From an uncultured Candidatus Saccharibacteria bacterium (GTDB lineage Bacteria; Patescibacteriota; Saccharimonadia; Saccharimonadales; Saccharimonadaceae), in NCBI GenBank assembly GCA_963529005.1, contig CAURWY010000002.1:25076-89075 (forward strand): a DNA stretch of 64,000 nucleotides, read 5' to 3'. Positions 25,759 to 35,911 of the stretch are shown in pieces (the stretch's first letter is position 1; every line of letters starts with the position of its first letter). The position numbers and the translations under genes are program-made. The notes under the pieces are model-generated. The model was not told the origin of the DNA. It saw only the letters and a program-made list of their open reading frames with translations, and searched no databases.

Positions 25759-27513
25759 ATGCTGCAGCGCCATCTTGCTACGCCACGCGCTCAGGCGCTC
25801 GCCGCTGTGCTCGGCGGGCTACTTGTGGTGTTTGTGCTGCGCCTGGGGTATGTGCAGTTGCTGCAGCATGATTACTATGTATCGCAGGCCGATAGCGAGC
25901 AAGTCAAGCAATTTCGTCTGCGCGCCCAGCGCGGTGAGATATACACCATGGATGGTACTACTCCCGCCAAACTCGTCATGAATGAGACGGTCTATACCGT
26001 ATGGGCCGACCCGATGGCTGTGACAGATGTAGACAAGATCGTGACGGTCCTCAACCAGGTGGCTGGTGGTAATGTGCGTGAGAATTTTCGCCAATACATC
26101 ACGCGTAAGCCAAGCCGCTACCAAGTGCTTGCCACCAAAGTGAGCCGTAAGCAGGCTGAACTTATCAAGAAGGAGAATCTCGCTGGGGTGGGCTTTGATG
26201 CGATGAGCCAGCGCGTTTACCCAGAAGGGCAGTTGGCCAGCCAAGTGCTGGGCTTTGTCGATGCCGAGGGTAAGGGGAAGTACGGCTTCGAACAGGCCAA
26301 TGATGATAAGCTGCGCGGCACGGATGGGGTGCTTAAGACAGTGACAGACATCCGCTCGGTGCCGCTAACCATTGGCCGGACGAATATCAACCAGCCTGCT
26401 AAGAATGGGACCAATATGGTACTGACGATCGATCGCAACATCCAGACGAGGGTCGAGCAAGCGCTCGTCGATGGGGCCAAGCGCAGCGGTGCGACTGATG
26501 TCAGTGCCGTCGTAATGAATCCGCAGAACGGTCAGGTCTTAGCCATGGCTAACCTTCCCACCTATGACCCGTCCAACCTGAAGACGATTAAAAGCGTCGC
26601 TGCACTCAACAACAACACCATCACTACGCCATACGAACCAGGCTCCGACATCAAGACATTCACAGTGGCAACAGGCATCGACAAAGGGGTTATCACGCCG
26701 CAAACGACGTACAATAATACCGATAGCATCAAGGTAGACGACATCACTATCGGCAATGCCAGCAAAGGACAGACGGGCAACATTACCATGCAGCATGCCC
26801 TCAATTGGTCGCTCAACACTGGTATGGTCACCGTTGCACAGCGCTTGGGCAATGGCAGCTACATCACTCGCCAGGCGCGCGACACAATGTATGACTACTT
26901 CCACAAGCGCTTTCGTCTTGGGCAGCTGACGGGAGTGGAACTCGCTGGTGAGGCTAAGGGTAATATCGTGTCGCCCACCCAGCAGCAGGGCAATGCAGTG
27001 CGCTACTCTAATATGTCCTTTGGCCAGGGGATGGATGCGACGATGCTGCAGGTCTCGGCTGGCTTTAGTGCGATTATTAATGGTGGGACGTACTATAGCC
27101 CCACCGTCATTGCAGGGACGATTGACGACAACGGCACCTTTGCCAAGGCTGCGCGCAAAGCTTCGTATGCTCATGTTATCAAGCCACAGTCATCTACCAC
27201 TGTGCGCGAAATGGTACACCAAGCGCGCCAGGCCTTTTATGCGGGTGGCGATCGCGCGGGGTTCTACATTGGCGGCAAGACGGGTACATCGCAAACCATC
27301 AAGGACGGCAAGTATATTTCCAACCAAACCATCGGCACCTACCTCGGTTTTGGTGGGGAGGTTGGCAAAACACCAGCGTATGTTATTATGGTGGAGGTTT
27401 CGGGCAAAGGGCTGAACATGCAGGGGGGTCAAGACGCTCACCCGATTTTCACGGATATATCTAATTGGTTGCTCGACTATATGAAGCTCGAGCCGAAAGG
27501 AAACACACCATAA
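25759..27513 (+). CDS. ftsI: class B penicillin-binding protein (FtsI/PBP2)
   Basis: N-terminal TM, 'RGEI', SxxK 'EPGSDIK', SxN 'SLN', 'KTGT'. Confidence 0.9.
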   Translation: MLQRHLATPRAQALAAVLGGLLVVFVLRLGYVQLLQHDYYVSQADSEQVKQFRLRAQRGEIYTMDGTTPAKLVMNETVYTVWADPMAVTDVDKIVTVLNQVAGGNVRENFRQYITRKPSRYQVLATKVSRKQAELIKKENLAGVGFDAMSQRVYPEGQLASQVLGFVDAEGKGKYGFEQANDDKLRGTDGVLKTVTDIRSVPLTIGRTNINQPAKNGTNMVLTIDRNIQTRVEQALVDGAKRSGATDVSAVVMNPQNGQVLAMANLPTYDPSNLKTIKSVAALNNNTITTPYEPGSDIKTFTVATGIDKGVITPQTTYNNTDSIKVDDITIGNASKGQTGNITMQHALNWSLNTGMVTVAQRLGNGSYITRQARDTMYDYFHKRFRLGQLTGVELAGEAKGNIVSPTQQQGNAVRYSNMSFGQGMDATMLQVSAGFSAIINGGTYYSPTVIAGTIDDNGTFAKAARKASYAHVIKPQSSTTVREMVHQARQAFYAGGDRAGFYIGGKTGTSQTIKDGKYISNQTIGTYLGFGGEVGKTPAYVIMVEVSGKGLNMQGGQDAHPIFTDISNWLLDYMKLEPKGNTP

Positions 27514-28541
27514 TGAACCTCACTACACTCGTTCGCGAGCTCAACGCGACATTTCTCCTCAGCGTCGCGGCTTTTTTGCTGGCGATGGCCCTCACGCCGC
27601 TCTATACCTACTTTGCTTACCGCTATAAGTTCTGGAAAAAACAGCGGGCCGCGAGCACAACGGGCGAGGAGTTGACGGTCTTTACCAAGCTGCATGCCGA
27701 TAAATTTACGCGCGATATCCCCACTATGGCAGGGATGGTTGGTATTGTGGCCATTGCCGTGGTGACGCTGGGGTTTAATCTCGACCGAGCCCAGACCTGG
27801 CTTCCACTGGCGGCACTGCTTGGTGGTGGGGCAGTGGGGCTGCTGGACGATGTGATCAATATCAACAGTGATGGCTCGGGCTCGGCGGGCTTGCGCGCCT
27901 GGCTAAAGTTCTCGATGATCGCGGTGATGGCGGCGGTGCTAGCGTGGTTCTTCTACGTCAAGCTAGGCTATACAACAGTGCATGTGCCATACCTTGGCGA
28001 CTGGCAGCTCGGCCCGTGGATTGTCCCGCTCTTTATCTTTGCGGTGGTGGCAACTGGCAATGCGGTGAACATTAGTGATGGCCTGGATGGCCTGGCTGGT
28101 GGACTGCTGGCAGTGAGCTATTGCATCTTTGGGGTGATTGCTTTGCTGCAGGGGCATTTGCAGCTGGCGGGCTTTTGCTTCACCGTAGTGGGGGCGCTGC
28201 TAAGCTACCTGTGGTTTAATATCTATCCAGCACGGTTCTTTATGGGTGACGTGGGGAGCTTTGCCTTTGGGACGAGCCTAGGCGTCGTGGCGATGCTGAC
28301 GAATACGCTGTTTTTGTTGCCAGTGATTGGTGTGCTGTTTGTGGTAGAGGCGGGCTCGAGCCTTATTCAAATCCTCAGTAAGAAGTTCTTTCACCGCAAG
28401 GTGTTTATCTCGGCACCAATTCATCAGCACTTCCAAGCAGTCGGTTGGCCGGAGGTAAAGGTGACGATGCGTTTCTGGGTGATCTCTTGCGTGACAGGCT
28501 TTATTGGCCTGATGATGGCGCTGGGTGGGGGGCACATCTAG
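27513..28541 (+). CDS. mraY: phospho-N-acetylmuramoyl-pentapeptide transferase
   Basis: 'PTMAG', 'GLLDD', 'NAVNISDGLDGLA', 'FMGDVGS', 'APIHQHF'. Confidence 0.93.
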   Translation: MNLTTLVRELNATFLLSVAAFLLAMALTPLYTYFAYRYKFWKKQRAASTTGEELTVFTKLHADKFTRDIPTMAGMVGIVAIAVVTLGFNLDRAQTWLPLAALLGGGAVGLLDDVININSDGSGSAGLRAWLKFSMIAVMAAVLAWFFYVKLGYTTVHVPYLGDWQLGPWIVPLFIFAVVATGNAVNISDGLDGLAGGLLAVSYCIFGVIALLQGHLQLAGFCFTVVGALLSYLWFNIYPARFFMGDVGSFAFGTSLGVVAMLTNTLFLLPVIGVLFVVEAGSSLIQILSKKFFHRKVFISAPIHQHFQAVGWPEVKVTMRFWVISCVTGFIGLMMALGGGHI

Positions 28542-28542
28542 A

Positions 28543-29901
28543 ATGGCTGCTGCTCGCCGCACTCGTGCTGCTCACCGATCGGCTTCGGCTCGGTCGGCTC
28601 AGCCAGTGCGCCGTGAGCAACGTAGTGCTGCCTCCGCTCTATCCACCCCTGTGCCGCGTTTGCACCGGCCGGATTATCAGATTATCCTCTGGGTGGGGCT
28701 GCTCATGCTGCTGGGTTTGGTGGTAATGTATGCCATTGGCCCGCAGCGTGCCAATGTGCTCAACTCTGCGCACAACACCAACTACTACACCGATGGCTAT
28801 TTCGCCATTAAGCAGACGGTGAGCTTGCTCCTGTCAATTAGCGCTTTTGTGGGGTTGTCACTCGTACCATTTGCGTGGCTGCGCCAGAAGGCGGGTACGC
28901 TGCTAGCGAGCGGCTTCGTGCTGTGTGCACTGCTGTTTGTCCTTGGCAATATGCTGCATGTCTCGGCAATTGCTCAGTGCAGCCTTGGGGCATGTCGCTG
29001 GTTCTCGCTGGGGCCACTGGGGAGCTTCCAGCCAGCCGAGATGCTGAAGTTTGGCATGCTTATCTATATGGCACTATTCCTTGGCAAACGAATGCGTCAG
29101 GGGGTGATAAACGACCTCCACCAGACGATCATCCCCATGGTAATTATGATGTGCGCAGCGCTCTTTTTCGTGATATTTTTGCAAAAGGATATGGGCACAG
29201 GCCTGGCCCTCACTGCCATGGTGGCATGCATGGTAGTGATGAGTGGCATGAGCTGGCGCTGGCTGGCTTACCTAGCAGCGGGCTGCGTGGCGCTGGTGCT
29301 GCTGCTCATCGTCATTGCGCCGCACCGCATGGAACGGGTGGCGACCTTCTTCCAGGGGGATGATCATGCCACTAGTAGCAATGATGATGGCTACCACATC
29401 AAGAATGCGAAGATTGCACTGGGCACAGGTGGGCTATTTGGCCTGGGTATTGGTAACAGTATCCAAGCGACGGGCTACCTCCCTGAGGCGATTAACGATT
29501 CAGTCTTTGCTATTATTGGTGAAACGTTTGGCTTTGTGGGGGCGGTGGTCGTACTAGCACTGTTTGCAGCGCTGCTACTGCGCCTACTGAGGATTGCCGA
29601 GCGCTTGCCTGATACAACAATGCGCCTGGTGGTAGCTGGAGTCTTTGGCTGGCTGGGCGCACATGTTATGCTAAATGTAGCGTCGATGATTGGAGTCTTC
29701 CCACTGACGGGTATTACGCTGCCATTGCTGAGCTTTGGTGGCACCAGTATGGTATTTATTGCTGGTGCGCTTGGTCTGGCCTTCCAATTATCACGCCAGG
29801 CAGCTTACCAACCAATCAACGAAAAGGAGACCTCTCATGAAGCTACTGGCAGTCGGCGGTGGATCGGGCGGGCACGTTACGCCGGTCGTCGCCGTCATTA
29901 A
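28543..29901 (+). CDS. ftsW: SEDS peptidoglycan glycosyltransferase FtsW
   Basis: 'RW..LG..SFQPAE..K', 'QKDMGT', 'YLPEA.ND', 'PLTGITLPLLSFGGTS'. Confidence 0.9.
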   Translation: MAAARRTRAAHRSASARSAQPVRREQRSAASALSTPVPRLHRPDYQIILWVGLLMLLGLVVMYAIGPQRANVLNSAHNTNYYTDGYFAIKQTVSLLLSISAFVGLSLVPFAWLRQKAGTLLASGFVLCALLFVLGNMLHVSAIAQCSLGACRWFSLGPLGSFQPAEMLKFGMLIYMALFLGKRMRQGVINDLHQTIIPMVIMMCAALFFVIFLQKDMGTGLALTAMVACMVVMSGMSWRWLAYLAAGCVALVLLLIVIAPHRMERVATFFQGDDHATSSNDDGYHIKNAKIALGTGGLFGLGIGNSIQATGYLPEAINDSVFAIIGETFGFVGAVVVLALFAALLLRLLRIAERLPDTTMRLVVAGVFGWLGAHVMLNVASMIGVFPLTGITLPLLSFGGTSMVFIAGALGLAFQLSRQAAYQPINEKETSHEATGSRRWIGRARYAGRRRH

Positions 29902-30994
29902 TGAAATCGCAGCCCTCCAGCCCGATGTGCAGGTGACCTTCGTCTGCGATAAGGCCTTCGCTAGCCAATCGCGCGGGCTTATGCAGCACGCTGCAGTGCC
30001 AGTGCGGGTGCGGACAATCGCTGCGGGCAAGTTCCGGCGCTACCAGCACCTCAGTGTGGTGCGCCAGTTGCTTATGCCAAGTATCGTCCTGGCTAATATA
30101 CTAGATATCTTTAAGATCCTGGCTGGCGTATGTCAGAGTCTCTGGCTGGTGCTGCGCTGGCGGCCAGATGTGATCTTTGCCAAGGGGGGGTTTGTGTGCT
30201 TGCCGGTTGGTATTGCAGCACGCTGCCTGCGCGTGCCAGTAGTGATTCACGACTCCGATGCTCGCCCTGGCCTAACCAACCGTGTGATGGCACGTTGGGC
30301 AGCAGCGATTGCTACGGGCTGGCCACTCAAGCATTATCACTATCCAGCATCGCGTAGCCGCTATGTGGGGGTGCCGATTGGCGCTGATTTTCGCCCGCTT
30401 ACTCTGGCTCAGCGGCAGCAGGCGCGGCAGACCTTCTCGCTTGATCCACACAAGCCATTAGTTGTTGCCACCGGTGGTGGTCTTGGTTCGGCTATTATTA
30501 ATCACGCGGTGCTGCGTGCTGCCGATGAGCTGCTAGCTGCTGGTATGCAGGTTTATCTGGTGGCGGGCAAGGGCAATTACGATGCCGCCCGGGCCAAAGC
30601 GCCGCAGCACCCCGATTTTCACTGCGTACCCTTCGTTTTCGAGCATATGGCGCAATTGCTCGGCGCGGCCGATGTCGTAGTATCACGCGCTAGTGCCACC
30701 TTCACGCAGGAGCTCGCTGGCCTCGCGCAGGCAGCCATCTTGGTGCCGGCCCATCACCTGGGCGACCAACGCAAAAATGCTGCCATCTATGACGAGGCTA
30801 AGGCTGCTCTGGTTTTGCAAGATGACGCCTTAGAGCAGAGCGATGCTCTTGGCCAAGCCATCCTTACCCTCATACACGATCCCGCGCAGCGCCAGCAGCT
30901 CGCTCAGCGCCTCCACACCTATGCACGTCCCCACGCCGCCCGCGATGTAGCGCAAATGGTAGTGAAGGTGGCTCAGCGTACTAGAAAAGGATAA
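29837..30994 (+). CDS. murG: MurG lipid II GlcNAc transferase
   Basis: 'GGGSGGHV.P', 'KGGFV', 'HDSDA.PGLTNR', 'GGGLGS', 'DQRKNA'. Confidence 0.92.
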   Translation: MKLLAVGGGSGGHVTPVVAVINEIAALQPDVQVTFVCDKAFASQSRGLMQHAAVPVRVRTIAAGKFRRYQHLSVVRQLLMPSIVLANILDIFKILAGVCQSLWLVLRWRPDVIFAKGGFVCLPVGIAARCLRVPVVIHDSDARPGLTNRVMARWAAAIATGWPLKHYHYPASRSRYVGVPIGADFRPLTLAQRQQARQTFSLDPHKPLVVATGGGLGSAIINHAVLRAADELLAAGMQVYLVAGKGNYDAARAKAPQHPDFHCVPFVFEHMAQLLGAADVVVSRASATFTQELAGLAQAAILVPAHHLGDQRKNAAIYDEAKAALVLQDDALEQSDALGQAILTLIHDPAQRQQLAQRLHTYARPHAARDVAQMVVKVAQRTRKG

Positions 30995-31062
30995 AAAAGT
31001 GACCCGATGCTTCTTGCAGTAAGAGTAAGAGTGTATCTAAGGTCTCATCATAAAGTACTAGT

Positions 31063-31099
31063 AAATAATGTAGCATGTTAATCCATGCTACATTTATTT
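31063..31099. terminator. bidirectional terminator-like hairpin
   Basis: AATGTAGCATG/CATGCTACATT with A/T flanks, between convergent genes. Confidence 0.6.
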
Positions 31100-31154
31100 C
31101 ATTAAAAACACTGTGCCAAGATGAGGCAAGCCTCGCTCGTAGCAGTAAAAGCCA

Positions 31155-31433
31155 TCAACTCCCAAACTCAAATGGCCGATAGTGTGCATCGATTTCCTGC
31201 CGCTCTTTAGAGGGAGGTAGCTCGCTGATCGTAATGAGAGTGTCATAAAATTGGTGTAGTATCTCGCCAGACCGCTTGAAAGAGATTGGCATAGCGACAG
31301 TATTCCAGAGGTCTTCACACTCTTGTCGAAAGGCCCCATGAAACACTTCAGTGCCGAGTGCTGCGATCAGACGAATCTCGTCTCTTGTGAGCTCTATTGT
31401 TGCTCCTTCTTTTGTTGCATGTACTGTCTTCAT
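31155..31433 (-). CDS. 92-aa hypothetical protein (possible orphan immunity-type)
   Basis: Clean ORF with -10 and RBS-like upstream sequence, antisense within the dcw cluster. Confidence 0.55.
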   Translation of the reverse strand: MKTVHATKEGATIELTRDEIRLIAALGTEVFHGAFRQECEDLWNTVAMPISFKRSGEILHQFYDTLITISELPPSKERQEIDAHYRPFEFGS

Positions 31434-31635
31434 ATGTCGATTTCCCCGCTTAACTATATAACTGTAGTGCTCCTAGTATGGGGTGGGGAGCAAGAAATGT
31501 CAAATTATATTGGGAAGGTGTTAATCAGGCAGTTACCTAGTGCTAAAGGGAAGGGGATGCACCAAGAAGACGTCGTTAATACCTAGATGCTTTTGCCAAC
31601 AACTAGTCATCTACGGTATAATGGCCTGTAGCATC

Positions 31636-32562
31636 ATGGGCTTTCGCACAAAACAAACACCACCACCAGCGCGCCGCCGAGCTGCCAAAAACAAGAGGGA
31701 AGAGCAGTTCCAACGCACCGCCTACACCTACCGGCGTAACCGTACACTGACTGGTAGCTTGGTGAGTCGTATCCCGAGTGCGGGCGAATCTAAGGCGCAG
31801 CTGCGGTCGCCGCGTATGCATGCGCATGATTTGCGCCGGACGCGCCGCCATGTGGCATTGTCGCTTGGAGTGGTAGTGGGGCTGCTGGCTGCAGTGTGGT
31901 TTGCGCTTGACAACGTCATTGCTACGCCGATCGTTGCAGGCAATCTCACTAGCAACCATCAGCTCTACCAAGCCAAGATCAACGACTATCTCACTGCCCA
32001 TCCGCTGGAGCGTTTTCGCTTTGCACTCAATACTAGTCGGCTGGCGGCCTATCTCCAGACGCATGATTGCCCCGAGGTTGCCGCAGTGCTCCCAGCCACG
32101 CAGCAAGCTGGCTTGGGGCGTAGCACCATCACTCTCGCTATGCGCCAAGCGGTGGTGGTTTGGACGGTTAATCGCCAGCAACTCTTTGTTGATACTGAGG
32201 GTCACGCCTTCCGCCGTGCCTATGGGCCACGGCCAAGCATTGAAGTAGTGGACGACAGCGGTATCGGCACGCGCAACAACCAAGTTGTCGCGAGCAACCA
32301 ATTCCTTGGCTTTATTGGTAAAGTCGTTGGTGCCGTCCGTCGCCACCAGCTCACCGTCCAAAAAATCACGCTGCCTGCTGGCACGACGCGTCAAATCTAC
32401 GTTTGGTTTACAGGGGTGGAGTATCCTGTTAAGTTCTCGGTCGATCGCTCGGCTGGCCTGCAGAGCGAGGATGCTGCTCGGGCCATTCGCTATCTGGCGC
32501 AGCACCACATCACTCCCAAATATCTCGATGTCCGCGTCAGTGGCCGAGCGGCGTATCGGTAA
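31636..32562 (+). CDS. ftsQ: FtsQ/DivIB-like cell division protein
   Basis: Basic N-terminus, single TM, 'LFVDTEG', C-terminal 'YLDVRV'; downstream of murG. Confidence 0.7.
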   Translation: MGFRTKQTPPPARRRAAKNKREEQFQRTAYTYRRNRTLTGSLVSRIPSAGESKAQLRSPRMHAHDLRRTRRHVALSLGVVVGLLAAVWFALDNVIATPIVAGNLTSNHQLYQAKINDYLTAHPLERFRFALNTSRLAAYLQTHDCPEVAAVLPATQQAGLGRSTITLAMRQAVVVWTVNRQQLFVDTEGHAFRRAYGPRPSIEVVDDSGIGTRNNQVVASNQFLGFIGKVVGAVRRHQLTVQKITLPAGTTRQIYVWFTGVEYPVKFSVDRSAGLQSEDAARAIRYLAQHHITPKYLDVRVSGRAAYR

Positions 32563-33465
32563 GGAACTGTTGATAACAAAAGTGCTAGCCTTGTAAATAG
32601 TGTGGATATTGAGACATCCGCTTTTTCTTTATAGGTCCTTCATCTATCATTGATGGGGTGAAAATCGATTGCTGCGAGTAACGCCCAGGTTAGTATTGAC
32701 GTAAGAGTCCGGCATCCTGACATTCACGAGAGGTATCAAGCTATAAACCTTTCTGAAAATAGAGCGGCGTGAGAGAAATTAAGAAATTACTGAGGTTATA
32801 AAGCATCGGTTTCATAGCTGACTACAGCACATCCAGCAGAGGGTAGGGGAGCTTACCCTGTAAAACAAGAACAAATTTACAACATTTTATATAACAAAAC
32901 AGGAAAAGTGCAAATACTATATCTATACTATAAAAACCAAAAAATGCAAAAAAGAGTAGGGGAGATGTTTTTTGCGAAAAAGTCAAATCATGATATCGTA
33001 TAGTTTTTAATCTCGGTCAACCCAAGCAGGGTAGAAAACATAGCAAAAGTACCAAGCAAACAAAATGTCAAACAAAGCAACTATGGCTAATAGACCGAGG
33101 AGCTCGTACCGACACCAGCACTGCGCGCAAACACATTCACACGCGAACATACATACGTAGCTTTGCGTACGTATGAACATATGCGCAGTGTGTTCCCTCC
33201 AATAGAACAAGCGTCTGCTTTTACTTTTGCAGGGCTCTATCCTTACTCTCTCTTGGATGACGCAGATATCATAAGTGAACCTGCTGAACGAGAAGTAAGA
33301 TCGATCAATAATCGAAGATCTATATACCGGATATATGCGTCTTATGCTCATAAAGACCATAACCGCCAAACCCAGCTCGATTCGGGCTGTATCTGAGGTC
33401 AAATCAATATATGAATCGTAAAAGGATTATTGTGCGAAGTTATATTACACTCCTAAAGATGATTA

Positions 33466-33705
33466 ATGATACATCTTTTGCATCTACCCCACTGCTGCGT
33501 GGATGTGAATTATTGTGCACGCGTGGATTGCGATACATGGCGACTCATCATTCCCTCGTCTATGGGTGCTGATGTTTATGCTTATGCTTTTCTTCTGGCT
33601 GCTACTTTGCTGAGCATGATCGCTTGCTTTATTGTGTGGTATGTTAACCGGTACTGCGAGCTTATGAATGTCTCGGCGTATCTGGATAGCTTGGATAACC
33701 TATAG
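33466..33705 (+). CDS. possible small membrane protein (79 aa)
   Basis: One hydrophobic helix; weak RBS; lies in a hairpin-rich region. Confidence 0.25.
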   Translation: MIHLLHLPHCCVDVNYCARVDCDTWRLIIPSSMGADVYAYAFLLAATLLSMIACFIVWYVNRYCELMNVSAYLDSLDNL

Positions 33706-34247
33706 TTAGCCAAATATAGGCTGTGTGCTACTGTGTGGCTGTTATAGGTAGTGGTATATCTGCAAGGACAAAGTATGACTCTCCGGCTAACCTAAGGGAT
33801 ATAAGCATAGAAGAACCGGAGGTAAGCAGAGAGCTATAGCTCAGGTGAGGTATCACGAGAACATAGCTCTCAAATATAAGCTCATCAGTGGTAGATGCTA
33901 GTGAAATGAGGCAAAAACAGGGGTAGGGCGGTTGCCGGGAATTTTTGGCGAAAGGGTGGCAGACTCCCCTGCCTTGCCCTGCCCTTTTTTTGGTTGCTTT
34001 TGCTGTGTATTTGGGGTGCTCTGCAAGGAATAGATGCAAGAGGTATATATGAGCAAATTGTAGCCTGTGGTGGAATTATCTTGCATACAAACGGCTGATA
34101 CATAAGCCTATGAGCGCAAAATCACACGCAAATATCCGCAGTCATCATGTGTACACGATAGTTGTCCACGCAGCAAATTACCTCTGTTATAGCTGAGTAT
34201 ATGTAGTGTTCGGGGCGGGGGAGGCCACTTCCCTATTGTTATATAGA

Positions 34248-34733
34248 TTATTGGCAATGTGTATAGGTTGATGATCCAGCCGAATTGCTTATGCATGTCA
34301 TACTGCGATTATTCTCATTTTGCGGCTGGATTGTTTCTTGATTTTGCACTGATGCGAGCCAAGTAGTATATTTATCAGTTTCTTCTTGACGTCTCTTCGT
34401 ATAATCAGCAATCAATGCATTGCTTTCGGGTGTCTTGTGTGTCTGATAGCAAGTTAACACACTATCAAAGTACGATGTAATAATGTCGGAAGCTCCGTCT
34501 TTATACGAAACCTTGCCGTCACCATCTTTGTCTGCTGTCTTCCATGCCGTGTCATAGTTTGTATATGCAGTGTTAAGACAATGCGCTTGGCTAGCTTGCT
34601 TTTGTTTGAGCTCTGCAGCGTTGTTCGTATATAGGCTAATTAGCAATGGTAAAGTAAGTATAGTAAGTGTTGCTATGATAATGGACATGCCAATTAGCTT
34701 AGGGCGGTGTGATGATACCTTCTTTTTGCTCAT
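34248..34733 (-). CDS. membrane-anchored protein with an EF-hand-like motif
   Basis: N-terminal TM, 'DKDGDGKVSYKD', GGAGG RBS. Confidence 0.7.
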   Translation of the reverse strand: MSKKKVSSHRPKLIGMSIIIATLTILTLPLLISLYTNNAAELKQKQASQAHCLNTAYTNYDTAWKTADKDGDGKVSYKDGASDIITSYFDSVLTCYQTHKTPESNALIADYTKRRQEETDKYTTWLASVQNQETIQPQNENNRSMTCISNSAGSSTYTHCQ

Positions 34734-34810
34734 TTTAATCCCCTCCTAAAAAATCGTATGTGAGCATTATATCACTCACATACAATCTTATTAAGAGCAG
34801 CTTGCAATTC

Positions 34811-35911
34811 TTACGCTGCTGCGACCGCCTCTGCTTGCTCCTTGGGTGGTTCGAGGGCGTAAGTGGCTTTGGCAACGCGCTTGAAGAGCGGTTTACTTTG
34901 GAGATTAAGAAGGATGGTGGTCTCCTTGACCTGGCGGCTCTTGAGAACGCGCTTGACGATCTCGTCGCGGTGCAATGGGCCACCCTCGTCGCGCAAGATA
35001 CCGGCAATGATGTCAGCCACGGTGCCTTGGCTATAGCCCCAGATATCGAGTGCATAGATGCCGCGGCCGATGAGGATGAAGCGCTTGTCTTTGATGAGCT
35101 CGTTGTGGATGGCTTGCTTGGTGACGTTGCGGCGCTTGAAAGTACTCTCCTTGATGCGCTGAGCAATCTCGCTAAAGTGCAGTGGTTTGCCTTCGTCTAA
35201 TAGGACGACGTAGATCTTGTCGCGGATATTCTTGGGATTAACGGTTGGCCACTTGCTCAGGCCCCACATGTCTTTGAGGTGGGCCAGCTGGGTAGAGAGG
35301 CTAGCGAGGCCGCGCACTTGGTTGGGGTTCTCGTAGGTGAGTTGGTCATGCAGCGCTTCGAGGCTGATGGGCGCGCCATGCTGCTTGATGGCGGTAACGA
35401 TCTCATCCACACGGCTTCGCACCGCCTTCTCGTCGCCGTATTCGGCAATGGCCAGGCCTTGGTGGTATTTGTCGGTCTCATTGATGGGGGTGAGGCGGGC
35501 TGACACTTCACCAATGAAGGCGATGTGGGCGCGCTGCTGCACCGTGGGTGTCTCGACGTCTAGCAGGCGCTGTGTGATGTCTGAGACGCGTCCAACGCGG
35601 CCATTCTCGGAGAGGTCGCGGATGATGAGACGCTCGGCGTCGTGCAGGCCCTCTAGCTCACCTGCTTCGGCAGCAAGCTTAAGTCGCACTACGATGGCTT
35701 TCTCAAGCTGGCGGACGCGCTCGCGCGTAATACCGAGCAGCTCGCCGATCTGCTCGAGCGTTTCGCGGCGCTCTTTGAGGCCAAAGCGACGCACAATGAT
35801 CTCGCGCTCGCGGTCGTGTTCTTCGCCGACTGCATCAAGGATGGTAGCGATCGACGCGGCAAAAACTTCGGTTGGTTGTTTGGTTGTTTGGTTCATGATT
35901 CGGTTCTCCAT
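34811..35911 (-). CDS. sigma70 region-4-like HTH fused to tandem winged-helix (HARE-HTH/RpoE-like) domains
   Basis: 'REREIIVRRFGL...TLEQIGELLGITRERVRQLE' at the N-terminus; 'GKPLHFSEIA...QAIHNELIKDKRFILIGRGIYAL' and 'GPLHRDEIVKRV' at the C-terminus. Confidence 0.75.
   Translation of the reverse strand: MENRIMNQTTKQPTEVFAASIATILDAVGEEHDREREIIVRRFGLKERRETLEQIGELLGITRERVRQLEKAIVVRLKLAAEAGELEGLHDAERLIIRDLSENGRVGRVSDITQRLLDVETPTVQQRAHIAFIGEVSARLTPINETDKYHQGLAIAEYGDEKAVRSRVDEIVTAIKQHGAPISLEALHDQLTYENPNQVRGLASLSTQLAHLKDMWGLSKWPTVNPKNIRDKIYVVLLDEGKPLHFSEIAQRIKESTFKRRNVTKQAIHNELIKDKRFILIGRGIYALDIWGYSQGTVADIIAGILRDEGGPLHRDEIVKRVLKSRQVKETTILLNLQSKPLFKRVAKATYALEPPKEQAEAVAAA

Noticed and set aside
31603..32508. 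301-aa minus-strand ORF
   Set aside because: Antisense shadow of the ftsQ-like gene
32600..34250. Replication terminus/dif site suggested by convergent gene orientation and ACTTCGCACAA on the minus strand near 33425-33436
   Set aside because: The second arm does not resemble TTATGTTAAAT, and intergenic DNA looks G-rich on the + strand on both sides (by eye), so no skew switch is apparent
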